Source: Candidatus Altiarchaeales archaeon (lineage in GTDB: Archaea; Altiarchaeota; Altiarchaeia; IMC4; SCGC-AAA252-I15). From it: DNA of 64,000 bases. The DNA is taken from the NCBI GenBank assembly GCA_014727915.1, contig WJMO01000005.1:96001-160000 (forward strand), written 5' to 3'. The position numbers and the translations under genes are program-made. Below the pieces are notes generated by a model, which was not told the origin of the DNA, searched no databases, and worked only from the letters and a program-made list of their open reading frames with translations. Within the stretch, counting starts at the first letter, position 1; every line of letters begins with the position of its first letter. Of the stretch, positions 10,801 to 19,397 are shown piece by piece.

Positions 10801-13800
10801 ATACAGGTGGACGGCATCATAGACGTAGTGTACCTGCCAGGGCTGGAAGTCGGGGACAGAGTGTATGTGGAGACCTTTGGCGGCTGCGAAATAAGCGGGG
10901 ACTCCGGCTCGGACACGACCGCGTGCCTCCACCATGAGGGCTCGTGGATATACAGGGACGATGACGGCGGGGTGGACAGCTGCTCCATGATACTCAACCC
11001 ATCCGACGCCTCCTCGGCGGGGACCAGCTACTATAGGATAGACTCTCCAGGGGACTATGAGGTCCGCGCGTCCGGGGCGTTCGACTTCTCATGCTCGAAC
11101 ACAGCCAACGTAGACCTCCTAGACCCTGCTGTGGTCGGCCCCTACAACCTAAGGATATGCGGGATAGGCTTCGACCCCGACTGCACCGTGGACACGGTCA
11201 CAACCTCAACGCTCGCGCCGACCACGACGATCTCCCCGTCAACAACGTTATCGCCAACAACCACAATCTCGCCCACGACCACAGTACCCTCAACGTGCTG
11301 CGATTCCGACCCGTTGAACGTGGACGGCGTCATCGAATACTTCCCGCAAGCCGACGCGGAAGCCGGCGACAGGATATTCTTATACACCTACGGAGACTGC
11401 GAGTTCGCCAACGGATTGAACGCAGACCCCACGGCATGCCTCTACTCGGGCGCAACCCTGGAAGAGAGGGACGACGACGGCTTCCTGGATGGCTCGCTAT
11501 GCGCGCGCATATACGATGAAGTAAGGGCTATCGCCGAGGGCACCGACTATCACACCCTCACCGGAACCGACCCATTCGAGGTCAGGGTGTCCGGGAGCCC
11601 TGACATATCATGCGACGACCCTGGGAAGGTGTCCGATGCTAACATGGGCCAGTACCAGGTGAGGATATGCGCCGAAGGCTTCACACCCAACTGTGCGGCG
11701 GAGTTCATATCAACGACGACGATTCCCGTAGTGACCACGACGGTCGTGCCGGTATCCTCCACAATAGCGCCGCCGACAACGCTGATTCCAACCACGACGA
11801 CTATCTCCCCGACGACCACATTGTATCCGCCGACCACCACGATACCGGACAACTGCTGCATTTCGGAGCTCTTGAACGTGGATGGCGTAGTGGAGAAGTA
11901 CGAGCAAGCCGACGCGGAAGCCGGCGACAGGATATTAGTCAGGACCTTCGGGGACTGCGAGTTCGCTAACGGAGCGAATGCCAACCCGACAGCATGCATC
12001 TATGCAGACTCTACTTTCAAGGACAGCGACGACGACGGGGCGGCGGACGGGCTATGCGACCGCATAAACCCGTTCGGAAGCCCGTCCGACTACTATGACC
12101 TAACGGGCTCAGGTGGCGAGCTGTTCGAGGTCAGGGTATCAGGCTATTCGGACACCCTCTGCAACGACCCGGGCAGGGTAGAGGAGGTTTGGAAAGGAGC
12201 ATACCAGGTCATGATATGCGGAGACGGCTTCACACCCAACTGTGCCCCGGAGATAATCCCGACCACGACCATGGCTCCGACTACCACGTTGTATCCGCCT
12301 ACCACTAGCACGATCTCCCCGACCACGACCATGGCTCCGACTACCACGTTGTATCCGCCCACTTCGACGACTATCTCTCCGACTACCACGTTGTATCCGC
12401 CCACTTCGACGACTGTCTCTCCGACTACCACGACCATGCCCGCCGGTGCGGATTGTTGCTGGTCGCCATACCTCCAGGTTGACGGGGTCATAGAGGAGTT
12501 CCCGCAGCCTTCCATAGAGGCTGGAGACCAGCTGTTTGTCAAAACCCACGGGGACTGCGAGTTCACGAACGGGATGAACGCCGACACAACAGCCTGCTTG
12601 TACAGGGGCAATCTGGTACACTACCGTAACGACGACACCGGGGACGGCATATGCTCCAGGATACTCAGCAAAGTGGACGAGATAGACCCGAACTCGCCGT
12701 TCTACAACGGAGGTTCAGTGTTCATGAGGTTAGACCAGGCCAGCGACGAGTATGCAATCAGGGTATCCGGCCCAGATGACTACTACTGCGAAGACGCAGG
12801 TAGAGTGGATATATCCTCAGAGGGCGTCTACCAGGTGATGATCTGCGGCGTAGGATTCCAGCCCAACTGTGTCCCGGAAGTCATACCGACCACGACATCT
12901 ATGCCTACGACTTCAACCACGTTGGAGCCCAGCGACTGCTGCGAGCCCCACCCCGAGCCCAGATGCGACGACCCGCAGTGTTGGGGCTGCGTTTGCACGA
13001 TAGACCACAACCCAGACTGTTGCAGCATACAATGGGACCAGTCTTGCGTTTACACAGCCTCAACAGACTGCAACGAACAGTGTGCATGCGGCATACCGCC
13101 CGAATCAACCACCACGACCCTCCCGCCCAACTGCTGCGAGTTCCAGGGCACAGTTGACGAGCTGATCGAAGTCTGCCCACAGGGCACCCTGCTCTCCGGA
13201 GACCGGATATTCGTGGAGACCTTTGGCGGCTGCGAGCCGGGAGACGCTTCAGGCTCGGACACGACCGCGGCACTCTACAAGGACGGGTCAGACCTCAAAT
13301 ACTACGACGATGACGGGGGCACAGGATACTGCTCTCAGATGCCCGCCCCCGACGACCTAATATACCCGAGCGGCTGGATACCCATAAGCGACCCTGGCCA
13401 GTACTCTGTCAGGATATCGGGTTCGTGGGACTTCCAGTGCGACAACCCCATCAACGTACAGCCGGAGAGCCACGGGGACTACACAGTTCGCATATGCGGC
13501 GAGGGCTTCACGCCCAACTGCTTCTGCCTCTATGGTGTCACTACAACGACGCTGGTGGAGAGGCCATGCTGCGAGCCACACGACACTCCTGGCTGCAACC
13601 TCTGCATCCCCGAATGTGACGCGCAGACCTGCAACGACTGCGTATGCGCGGAGGACGAGGACTGCTGCAACATAATGTGGGACCAGCTATGCGTGGACAC
13701 CGCCAGGTCCGTGTGCAACCAGTACTGCAACTGCGGCCAGTCCCCCGAGGACTGCTGCGTACAACACAACACCCCCGGCTGCGACAGCTGCGGCCCCGGC

Positions 13801-15069
13801 TGCGACGTGGGCCTTTGCAGGAGCTGCGTGTGCGCGGGCATACCCGAGTGCTGCACCCAGGAATGGCATTGGGTGTGCGTGCAGAGGGCGGAGATGAACT
13901 GCAACCACCTCTGCATGTGCGGCATGACAACGACCACCACCCTCCCCCCGGTCGAGGGAGACTGCTGCGAAGCCCATGAGACCCCCGGCTGCGGAAGCTG
14001 CGGCCCCGGCTGCGACCCGATAGCATGCCAGGATTGTGTATGCAATGATGTCGGGGACATGGCATGCTGCAACGACGAATGGAGTTGGCTGTGCGCCTGG
14101 GAGGCTCAACAGTACTGTGACGACGTGTGCAAGTGCTCTATAACAGTGACCTCGACCACGCTCATGCCTACAACGAGCACATTGCCTCCGTTGAACCCCT
14201 GTTGTTCAGTCCACTTCGATCCGGGCTGTGATAGCTGTCCAGAAGGCTGCAACCCAGCCATCTGCGAGGCCTGCGTGTGCGGCCAGAATGAGGACTGCTG
14301 CAACATAGGGTGGGACATAGGCTGCCTATCGATAGCGAGAACGGACTGCAACGACCACTGCAACTGCATGCCCCCATGCCAGTACTGTGGGCTCCTGGGC
14401 ATGTCATGCCCGTCCGAGGTGGACTTCGGAGACACGTTCAACATAGACTACGAGTTCAGCAGCACCGACACAGGATACCCGTATGAGACCCGCATTCTGA
14501 CCATCAACGGCGTCAGGGACAGGTGCATATACGACGAGAACGTCACGCCAGACTGCGAGCCCCATTCCGCCTCCATGGAGACGGAGTGTCCTGTCGGGGC
14601 GAAGCCCACAATATGGATTAACGATAAGCCTGCGGCTGTCGTGGAATACGACCTGGGTTGCGTGAGCGCGGCAACACCCGACTCGTCAAACTGCAACCTG
14701 CCGGTGGACGAGGAGCTGAACTGCATGGTGAACTGCCTATATTGCACGCAGGACGCTCCCCTCACCTTCAATGTGTCTTCGCCCGACCCGCCCATAGGCG
14801 GTGCCGAGTGCACGCTCTACATGTGGTATTATACGAACGAGGGTGAGTGGTGTCAGATATTCCCCGCTCCGGAGCAGAGCTGTGTTGGAGGCTTCTCCGA
14901 GATACAGGTGGACTCCCTGACGAAGCAGGTGGGCACCAACGTGCTGGAGAAGTTCGAGCTCAAGAGGCTGATAGCTCCCGCGAAGTACCGGTGGAACGTC
15001 AAGTGCGTTACCCACATAGGCGAGGCTTACAACACTCAGGACTGGATATTCAACACGAAACCCTGCTAG
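7891..15069 (+). CDS. Giant (2392 aa) secreted Cys-rich, Thr/Ser-rich multi-repeat surface protein
   Basis: True start is ATG 7891 (ATGA overlap with upstream stop, then signal peptide MNKRDVQTALSALTVLVALATTVSA). It has Cys modules, a LamG-like segment (~9670-10260), six PPC-like repeats, five CC-H modules and a C-terminal Y-x-WNV-x-C beta domain. Confidence 0.9.
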   Translation: MNKRDVQTALSALTVLVALATTVSAQTPDGVCAAMRDGVPNLDSSCLDWPGSGDPTQMDIMTECDSYCDGQVGNMAGAVVFDCDPAAEGNDICCYCCGNGDPTCMCEYSFPLSTMGYEFPECLNPVHPTLEEDEICEEYCLTIGMTDYVDFFLDCSDSFGGFVGYDICCWCQDEDPPDPEPEGFCCWETCCCPVTTTSTQPLLPSSSESASTGSDSYPTDEDTLCSEFCGTMGYEGGYCGGPDDNLEGLWVSDPCTANGDILTGYDGPVFSGEDALCMDDWYWCCCVEPQLQSSSSASQSTESQDSQSSESQSSGSSSSSSSLSPCAEYCTVTLPYDDGYCDFDNDFPNAVDVCRSGLDYWTGINGMNGPITPWTPLCEDSTWCCCALESSSSSSSSSSSSTTLTCNDLCLDIVETGDVCGRLCTKHDECRLGCEICMIEDYDVNETGRCSTSYTNQTNYGSCGLPCTHDANCTRGCDQCIDLTCVDQEQLYDGGECQNWTRFPQYESPFFPDIEIWHECFFWDWDYQGPNNCEEETDGDWLNCCCQVIPSTSSSSTSSSESDETDIPPSESQETGSSSSSSSSSGSSTSGPGDVTCCDDLNMKVLFDDDLSEGTTRGVVIGDGQLVFGGFLPNNNGAILYTTDDPQTGIINRKRGAVCVEMALNQPSDAMGDGVFFYEGRMPSSNIYLLFNEFTDSVTYGKSFFGDLNTLSEVLDPLDWSSGSVHSLAATWDYEGVSDPMRLYSDRISVQSTDDNKGIGLLDTHMYLGNNKAGTGALNVIYTRFTVCGEDPEEECCTQTYPVDDTIELLQQNGVGPGDQIRVETMGDCETLQSDTVACLYRDNALEYSDDDGAVGVCSAIFGEADSIAHNTEYFIVTDAGSYDVRVSGPGDSDCSDGGNVVPTSEGEYDVRICGIGFSPTCETLPTQTTIPPGPTTTLVPTTSTSISPTTTIEPTTTTSPPITCCDTPEIQVDGIIDVVYLPGLEVGDRVYVETFGGCEISGDSGSDTTACLHHEGSWIYRDDDGGVDSCSMILNPSDASSAGTSYYRIDSPGDYEVRASGAFDFSCSNTANVDLLDPAVVGPYNLRICGIGFDPDCTVDTVTTSTLAPTTTISPSTTLSPTTTISPTTTVPSTCCDSDPLNVDGVIEYFPQADAEAGDRIFLYTYGDCEFANGLNADPTACLYSGATLEERDDDGFLDGSLCARIYDEVRAIAEGTDYHTLTGTDPFEVRVSGSPDISCDDPGKVSDANMGQYQVRICAEGFTPNCAAEFISTTTIPVVTTTVVPVSSTIAPPTTLIPTTTTISPTTTLYPPTTTIPDNCCISELLNVDGVVEKYEQADAEAGDRILVRTFGDCEFANGANANPTACIYADSTFKDSDDDGAADGLCDRINPFGSPSDYYDLTGSGGELFEVRVSGYSDTLCNDPGRVEEVWKGAYQVMICGDGFTPNCAPEIIPTTTMAPTTTLYPPTTSTISPTTTMAPTTTLYPPTSTTISPTTTLYPPTSTTVSPTTTTMPAGADCCWSPYLQVDGVIEEFPQPSIEAGDQLFVKTHGDCEFTNGMNADTTACLYRGNLVHYRNDDTGDGICSRILSKVDEIDPNSPFYNGGSVFMRLDQASDEYAIRVSGPDDYYCEDAGRVDISSEGVYQVMICGVGFQPNCVPEVIPTTTSMPTTSTTLEPSDCCEPHPEPRCDDPQCWGCVCTIDHNPDCCSIQWDQSCVYTASTDCNEQCACGIPPESTTTTLPPNCCEFQGTVDELIEVCPQGTLLSGDRIFVETFGGCEPGDASGSDTTAALYKDGSDLKYYDDDGGTGYCSQMPAPDDLIYPSGWIPISDPGQYSVRISGSWDFQCDNPINVQPESHGDYTVRICGEGFTPNCFCLYGVTTTTLVERPCCEPHDTPGCNLCIPECDAQTCNDCVCAEDEDCCNIMWDQLCVDTARSVCNQYCNCGQSPEDCCVQHNTPGCDSCGPGCDVGLCRSCVCAGIPECCTQEWHWVCVQRAEMNCNHLCMCGMTTTTTLPPVEGDCCEAHETPGCGSCGPGCDPIACQDCVCNDVGDMACCNDEWSWLCAWEAQQYCDDVCKCSITVTSTTLMPTTSTLPPLNPCCSVHFDPGCDSCPEGCNPAICEACVCGQNEDCCNIGWDIGCLSIARTDCNDHCNCMPPCQYCGLLGMSCPSEVDFGDTFNIDYEFSSTDTGYPYETRILTINGVRDRCIYDENVTPDCEPHSASMETECPVGAKPTIWINDKPAAVVEYDLGCVSAATPDSSNCNLPVDEELNCMVNCLYCTQDAPLTFNVSSPDPPIGGAECTLYMWYYTNEGEWCQIFPAPEQSCVGGFSEIQVDSLTKQVGTNVLEKFELKRLIAPAKYRWNVKCVTHIGEAYNTQDWIFNTKPC
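10270..13527 (+). repeat. Six ~120-aa disulfide-flanked PPC-like beta-sandwich repeats separated by Thr/Pro linkers
   Basis: Recurrent CC...VD(G/D/E)...GD(R/Q)..V-x-T-x-G-x-CE...DT-x-ACLY...DDDG...C...(V/I)R-x-SG-x2-D-x2-C...Y-x-VRICG-x-GF-x-P-x-C pattern. Confidence 0.85.
12258..12433 (+). repeat. Near-perfect intragenic tandem repeats (60-bp then 42-bp period) encoding PTTTMAPTTTLYPPT linker
   Basis: CCGACTACCACGTTGTATCCGCC occurs three times, and 12258-12299 recurs 60 bp later. Confidence 0.85.
13564..14387 (+). repeat. Four further CC-x2-H-x2-PGC Cys modules (a fifth at ~12934-13089)
   Basis: PCCEPHDTPGC, DCCVQHNTPGC, DCCEAHETPGC and PCCSVHFDPGC, each followed by CVC..CC...W...C...A...C...C-x-C. 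Confidence 0.85.
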
Positions 15070-15085
15070 AATGCCTGCTTTATTT

Positions 15086-15853
15086 TCATATCCAGCTGTC
15101 GTATACGAGCGCAGGCCGGACGTGGTTCAGCGCGAACCTTATCAGGAACTTCATCTTCCGCGATAGGCGCTTCTCCTTCAGTTGCTTGATAAGGTCCTCG
15201 CGGGTGGAGAATATCCTGTTCTTTTCCCTTCTCATCTCATCGTCTATGCTGTCCTTGTTCCTCGTGTATGACTTTATCAGCGGCATTATGGTGGTCGGGT
15301 CCGGCTGGCCTATGAGGTCGTTGATGAAGCACTCATTGGCTGTCTTGAACAGTCGCAGCCTCACGTATGAGTTGTGGTGTTTCATCATCTTCGAGATCAG
15401 GTCGTGGACTATGACCTCGTCCATCTTGTACTCGCTGTGAAGGTTTGTCATGTTCTCCGCCATCTCCGTGTCGTATCTGAAGCCCAGGTAGTCGTCTATG
15501 TCCGTCATGGTCTTTGGAGACAGTATGTTCTTTATGTCAAGTGACAGGAAGTAGGCCTGGTCGGTTGTCATCCCCATGGTCTCGGATATCCTTATGAAGT
15601 ACTCTTTGCTGTCGTAGTCCGGTGGGAGCGTGTAAGTGTATGTGCTCTGGTTCCAGGATATTAGCGCCGAGTCCCTCAGTTTCTTCAGTTGTCTGTTCAC
15701 TCCGCCGACGCTTTCGCCGACGTTCAGCTCTTCCTTAAGGCGTGCTTGTATATCGCTGCGTTTCAGCCCCTCCGGGTGTGCTCTGATGAGGTAGCGTATG
15801 ATGGCGAGCAGGCTCCTACCCTGTCTGAGTCTCTTCACACCGGCCCCAACCAT
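15086..15853 (-). CDS. Winged-helix DNA-binding protein / putative transcription regulator
   Basis: N-terminal IIRYL...GLKRSDIQARL...GGVNRQLKKLRDSALI..YTY wHTH pattern with an unrecognised helical C-terminus. Confidence 0.65.
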   Translation of the reverse strand: MVGAGVKRLRQGRSLLAIIRYLIRAHPEGLKRSDIQARLKEELNVGESVGGVNRQLKKLRDSALISWNQSTYTYTLPPDYDSKEYFIRISETMGMTTDQAYFLSLDIKNILSPKTMTDIDDYLGFRYDTEMAENMTNLHSEYKMDEVIVHDLISKMMKHHNSYVRLRLFKTANECFINDLIGQPDPTTIMPLIKSYTRNKDSIDDEMRREKNRIFSTREDLIKQLKEKRLSRKMKFLIRFALNHVRPALVYDSWI

Positions 15854-15887
15854 GCTACATTATTCGGGTTATTCATTAAAAAAGTGG

Positions 15888-15970
15888 TATGCAATCAGAA
15901 GTTGCATATATCTGCCCTTTAAACGCACAAAAATAAGAAAAACCTGACACATATTTGTGGATAATATGTG
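15888..15970. promoter_or_regulatory. Two palindromic operator-like sites upstream of the wHTH gene
   Basis: TATGCAA-N7-TTGCATA (15888-15908) and CACATATT-N7-AATATGTG (15948-15970). Confidence 0.5.
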
Positions 15971-15992
15971 GTTAATGTGGCATGTTATTGTG

Positions 15993-16871
15993 TCAGCGGC
16001 GGTTTTTGAGAACATACTCTGGCGTCCGGTCATCGTATTTGTATTGGACGAATGAGGTCTTCAGCGGTCCTTCATCGTAATAGACCATGACCTTATCACC
16101 GACCTTGAACGTGTCCCAATCGTCCCTCGACAGGCAGAGCCTCTCCTCACCGTACTCGCTCCTGACTCCCGCGCAATACCATATGGAATCCGGCACGTTG
16201 GCATCTCCTGTCATCTCCTTGCTGTATATCAAAGCAGGATACGCGACCTCCACGGTGGAGCACGTGTTCCATATGAACACTATCGAAGATGATATCATCA
16301 GGAATACTATCGCCGAAGCCGGGATCCTCAAGCTGCCGAGCAGAAGCTTGTAAACGTCGGTCATCGTGAACAGGGCGAACGCGACCAGGAACGAGACACC
16401 AAGCCAAAACCGCAACCAGCAGCTCAGCGGCATCATTATCCCCGCGGCGGGGGTGAACACCATCGCAGCCAGCAGTATCCATGGCAGGTACAACTCCAGC
16501 GTCGACCCTGACATGAGGAACCTGAGCTCGTGCGGCTTCGCCCCTCCTCTTAGCTTGCTTATCAGCTTATGCACGAAGATGGTCTTGCTTATGTTCGAGA
16601 TTATGCCTCCGAAACCCGTGCACACGAACCTGAGCGAGTGCACGCCCTTGATGTCCTTGTACCTCAGGTAGATGAACCTCTCGCCGTAGAAGTTCTCCAT
16701 CTTGAGTTCCATTATCTCGGATATCTCGAGGGAGACCGGCTCCTCAAGCTCGAACACCATCCTGGTCTCCGTGATGTAGAGGTTGGTGTCTGAGAATTTC
16801 AGGGCAGTAGGGTCTAATTGGACGCGGCAGTCGTATAGGAGCTTCTCACCGCCCGAGAACTCTAAGGTCAC
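15993..16871 (-). CDS. Membrane protein with N-terminal PH/GRAM-like domain
   Basis: LYITETRMVF...LEISEI beta-sandwich pattern, three hydrophobic helices and a C-terminal OB-like FKVGDKVMVYY segment. Confidence 0.55.
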   Translation of the reverse strand: MTLEFSGGEKLLYDCRVQLDPTALKFSDTNLYITETRMVFELEEPVSLEISEIMELKMENFYGERFIYLRYKDIKGVHSLRFVCTGFGGIISNISKTIFVHKLISKLRGGAKPHELRFLMSGSTLELYLPWILLAAMVFTPAAGIMMPLSCWLRFWLGVSFLVAFALFTMTDVYKLLLGSLRIPASAIVFLMISSSIVFIWNTCSTVEVAYPALIYSKEMTGDANVPDSIWYCAGVRSEYGEERLCLSRDDWDTFKVGDKVMVYYDEGPLKTSFVQYKYDDRTPEYVLKNRR

Positions 16872-16955
16872 TTAATGATATGTGAGACAATGTATAAAAA
16901 AGTATCCGCAATTTTTATAAATTATATGTAAAAAAATAAAAATAATTGATAAAAT

Positions 16956-18287
16956 CTACCCAAGGTATCCGTTGAGTTCCTTGAGCCATCCTTCGCAGTC
17001 CAACTCCAGCAGAGACTCGTCGAACAGGACCTCTGGCTCTCCCATCTCGCGGAAGTTCTTGCCGAACCCCCTCCGCTCGGAGATGACCTCATCGAGCAAC
17101 TCCCCGACAAACCTGTGCTTCCGCCGCGTGTCCACAACCCACCTACCATCCCTCACATATGGGCTCTCATCCTTGTACTTTTCCGTGAACCTCTCCTGGT
17201 GCACGGCATCCAAGTCGATGGGGGGTCCGAGGTGGTGCACGAGCTCCGGCAACTCCCACACCGCGAACTCCATCATGATGACTGAAGTGTCCCTCTCGTT
17301 TGTCCAGAAAGAGCTCCTGAAAACCTTGAACTCCGCATGCTCGAACTCCTTGACTATATGCCTCGTCGTCTTCCTCAGCTGCGCGTACAGGGTGTTAACG
17401 TTCAGCAAACCATGCCTGAAAACCAATCCAGCGAACCTGGAACCCCGACCCAGCATCGAATCCCTCAACTCCTCAACCTCCCTCATCGGCTTCTCAGGGG
17501 GGAAGAAGAACTCACGGCCCGGTTTCATGACATAATCGTTGGCCCTGACAATGAACCTTGAAAGGGACTCGGGAGACACCGCGGCAGCCACGTTCCTGCT
17601 CCTGTCGACGGGGTCCACCACTATGAGACAAGCGTCCGTGAAGAACCTACCCAGACCTTCAGGGTCATCCCACAAACCCTCCGGGTCCAATATCTCCGGG
17701 ACGCTCCACTCTCTCGCAGCCTCAAGCACCTTTACGAAGGACCCATAGTGGAGGACCAGGATCTCCACAAGATAGCCTGAGAATCCCTCCACCTTGGCCT
17801 CCGCCCCATAGACCCCGGCACCCCTCATGAACTGCTTTAAAAGCCTTATATCGCCCTTTAACGGCTTTTTCGCCAGTCTGTCCTTCACGTATCTCGTGTG
17901 TAGGGGTGTCCGGTCCACTGCGGACATTATGTCCCTGCCCTTGTAGCATGGGACTATCTCGATCTCGTTGCCTTCAAAAAACCCCTTGACATAGGGGTGT
18001 TCGGCATAGTCTATCTCGTATCCGACTCCCAGCTTAGCGAACACTTCCTTCCCGATCCTCAAACCCTCCCTTTCCAGAACGTCCCTTTTCACATCCTTAC
18101 GGAACTGTATGAATATGTCGATGTCCTTGTTACCTGAGAGGTCGGTGTCCTTGGCGAGGGACCCCACAAGTATGGGCTCCACCTCATAGTCCTCCAATAT
18201 CCGGAAGACCCTCTCCACCAACTTCATCTCCTGCGTGTGCTCCTCATCAGTCGGGGTTATCTCATCCAATATTTCCTCGGTCTTCAC
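16956..18287 (-). CDS. cca: CCA-adding enzyme (archaeal class I tRNA nucleotidyltransferase)
   Basis: VGSLAKDTDL-x4-DIDIF, YAEHPY, EIVPCY, SAVDRTPLH, GFSGYL-x-E and DPVD-x2-RNVAAA motifs. GTG start at 18287 overlaps the amrS stop. Confidence 0.95.
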   Translation of the reverse strand: MKTEEILDEITPTDEEHTQEMKLVERVFRILEDYEVEPILVGSLAKDTDLSGNKDIDIFIQFRKDVKRDVLEREGLRIGKEVFAKLGVGYEIDYAEHPYVKGFFEGNEIEIVPCYKGRDIMSAVDRTPLHTRYVKDRLAKKPLKGDIRLLKQFMRGAGVYGAEAKVEGFSGYLVEILVLHYGSFVKVLEAAREWSVPEILDPEGLWDDPEGLGRFFTDACLIVVDPVDRSRNVAAAVSPESLSRFIVRANDYVMKPGREFFFPPEKPMREVEELRDSMLGRGSRFAGLVFRHGLLNVNTLYAQLRKTTRHIVKEFEHAEFKVFRSSFWTNERDTSVIMMEFAVWELPELVHHLGPPIDLDAVHQERFTEKYKDESPYVRDGRWVVDTRRKHRFVGELLDEVISERRGFGKNFREMGEPEVLFDESLLELDCEGWLKELNGYLG

Positions 18288-19294
18288 TTCCAAACCCCCT
18301 CCAACTCTGCCTTGCAGGACGGGCAAATGCCCTCTCCGAGCTTGTTCGACACCACGTTGAAGCCCACTCTCTCCACAACCAGCTCCCCGCAGCCCGGACA
18401 GTATGTGTTCTCATAGTCCCCATGTGGCAGGTTGCCTGCGTAAACGTATTTGAGGCCTGAATCCCTGCCTATCGCGACCGCTCTCTCCAATATGTCCACA
18501 CCTGTCGGGGGCGTGCCAATCATCTTGTAGTCCGGGTGGAACCGGGACACATGCCATGGCACGAAGCCTCCCAGCTCCCCTGATATGAAATCTGCGATCT
18601 GCCTCAGCTCGTCGGCTCCGTCATTCTGGCCTGGAATTATGAGCGTCGTTACCTCGACCCACACCCCAGCCTTCACCATGGCCTTCAAAGTCTCCAAAAC
18701 AGGCTCCAAAGAGCCGCCGCACAGCTCCCTGTAGAACCGGTCGCTGAAGCTCTTGAGGTCTATGTTGTCCGCGTGAAGGTATGGGATGATGGCCTCTCTT
18801 GCCTCGGCCGTCATGTATCCATTGCTTACGAAAACGTTCTTGAGGCCTTCAGCAACGGCTTTTTCAGCTATTTCAACCGCGTATTCCATGTATACTGTCG
18901 GCTCCGTGTACGTGTAGGCTATGGACGCACAACCGCTGCCTGCGGCATCGGATACCACCTCCTCTGCTGTTTTCTCCCCGCCCAATACGTTTCTTCCCTC
19001 CCGGGGGCTCTGGCTTATCTCATGGTTCTGGCAGTGCTCACAGCTCAGGTTGCACCCTACCGTGGAGATGGAGTATGCACGGGTGCCGGGCATGAAATGG
19101 AACAGCGGCTTCTTCTCGATGGGGTCGGCGTGCGCTGCGACGGGCTTGCCATAGACAAGCGAATACAAGGTGCCGCCCCGGTTCTCGCGCACTCCGCACA
19201 AGCCCCTTCCCCCGTCGGCTATGGTGCACCTGTGCGGGCACAGACCGCACCTGACGCTGCCGTCCAGGCCCTCATAGAGCATTGCCTCTTTCAC
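18284..19294 (-). CDS. amrS: AmmeMemoRadiSam system radical SAM enzyme
   Basis: CGLCPHRC, DPIEKKPLFHF, CNLSCEHCQN (CxxxCxxC), YTYTEP, SRFHPDY and CPGC motifs. Confidence 0.92.
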   Translation of the reverse strand: MKEAMLYEGLDGSVRCGLCPHRCTIADGGRGLCGVRENRGGTLYSLVYGKPVAAHADPIEKKPLFHFMPGTRAYSISTVGCNLSCEHCQNHEISQSPREGRNVLGGEKTAEEVVSDAAGSGCASIAYTYTEPTVYMEYAVEIAEKAVAEGLKNVFVSNGYMTAEAREAIIPYLHADNIDLKSFSDRFYRELCGGSLEPVLETLKAMVKAGVWVEVTTLIIPGQNDGADELRQIADFISGELGGFVPWHVSRFHPDYKMIGTPPTGVDILERAVAIGRDSGLKYVYAGNLPHGDYENTYCPGCGELVVERVGFNVVSNKLGEGICPSCKAELEGVWK

Positions 19295-19397
19295 GGTTTA
19301 ATTATGGCAGCAACGCCTTTATTATAAGCGTCCCCTGGTCTAACACGGTCGCCTCCTCCCTCTTATTTTTATTGTTGTCCTCTTTCTATCTTTTCCT

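Noticed and set aside
12258-12433. Possible CRISPR array
   Set aside because: The repeats are in-frame coding units without unique spacers, and no cas genes are present.
10290-12621. Val-rich minus-strand ORFs that look like membrane proteins
   Set aside because: They are antisense shadows of ACN (Thr) codon runs in the giant gene.
10270-14387. Possible diversity-generating retroelement target repeats
   Set aside because: No reverse transcriptase in the window and no template/variable pair differing mainly at adenines.
14847-15440. 197-aa plus-strand ORF spanning the giant gene end
   Set aside because: It overlaps two better-supported genes and has no recognisable features.
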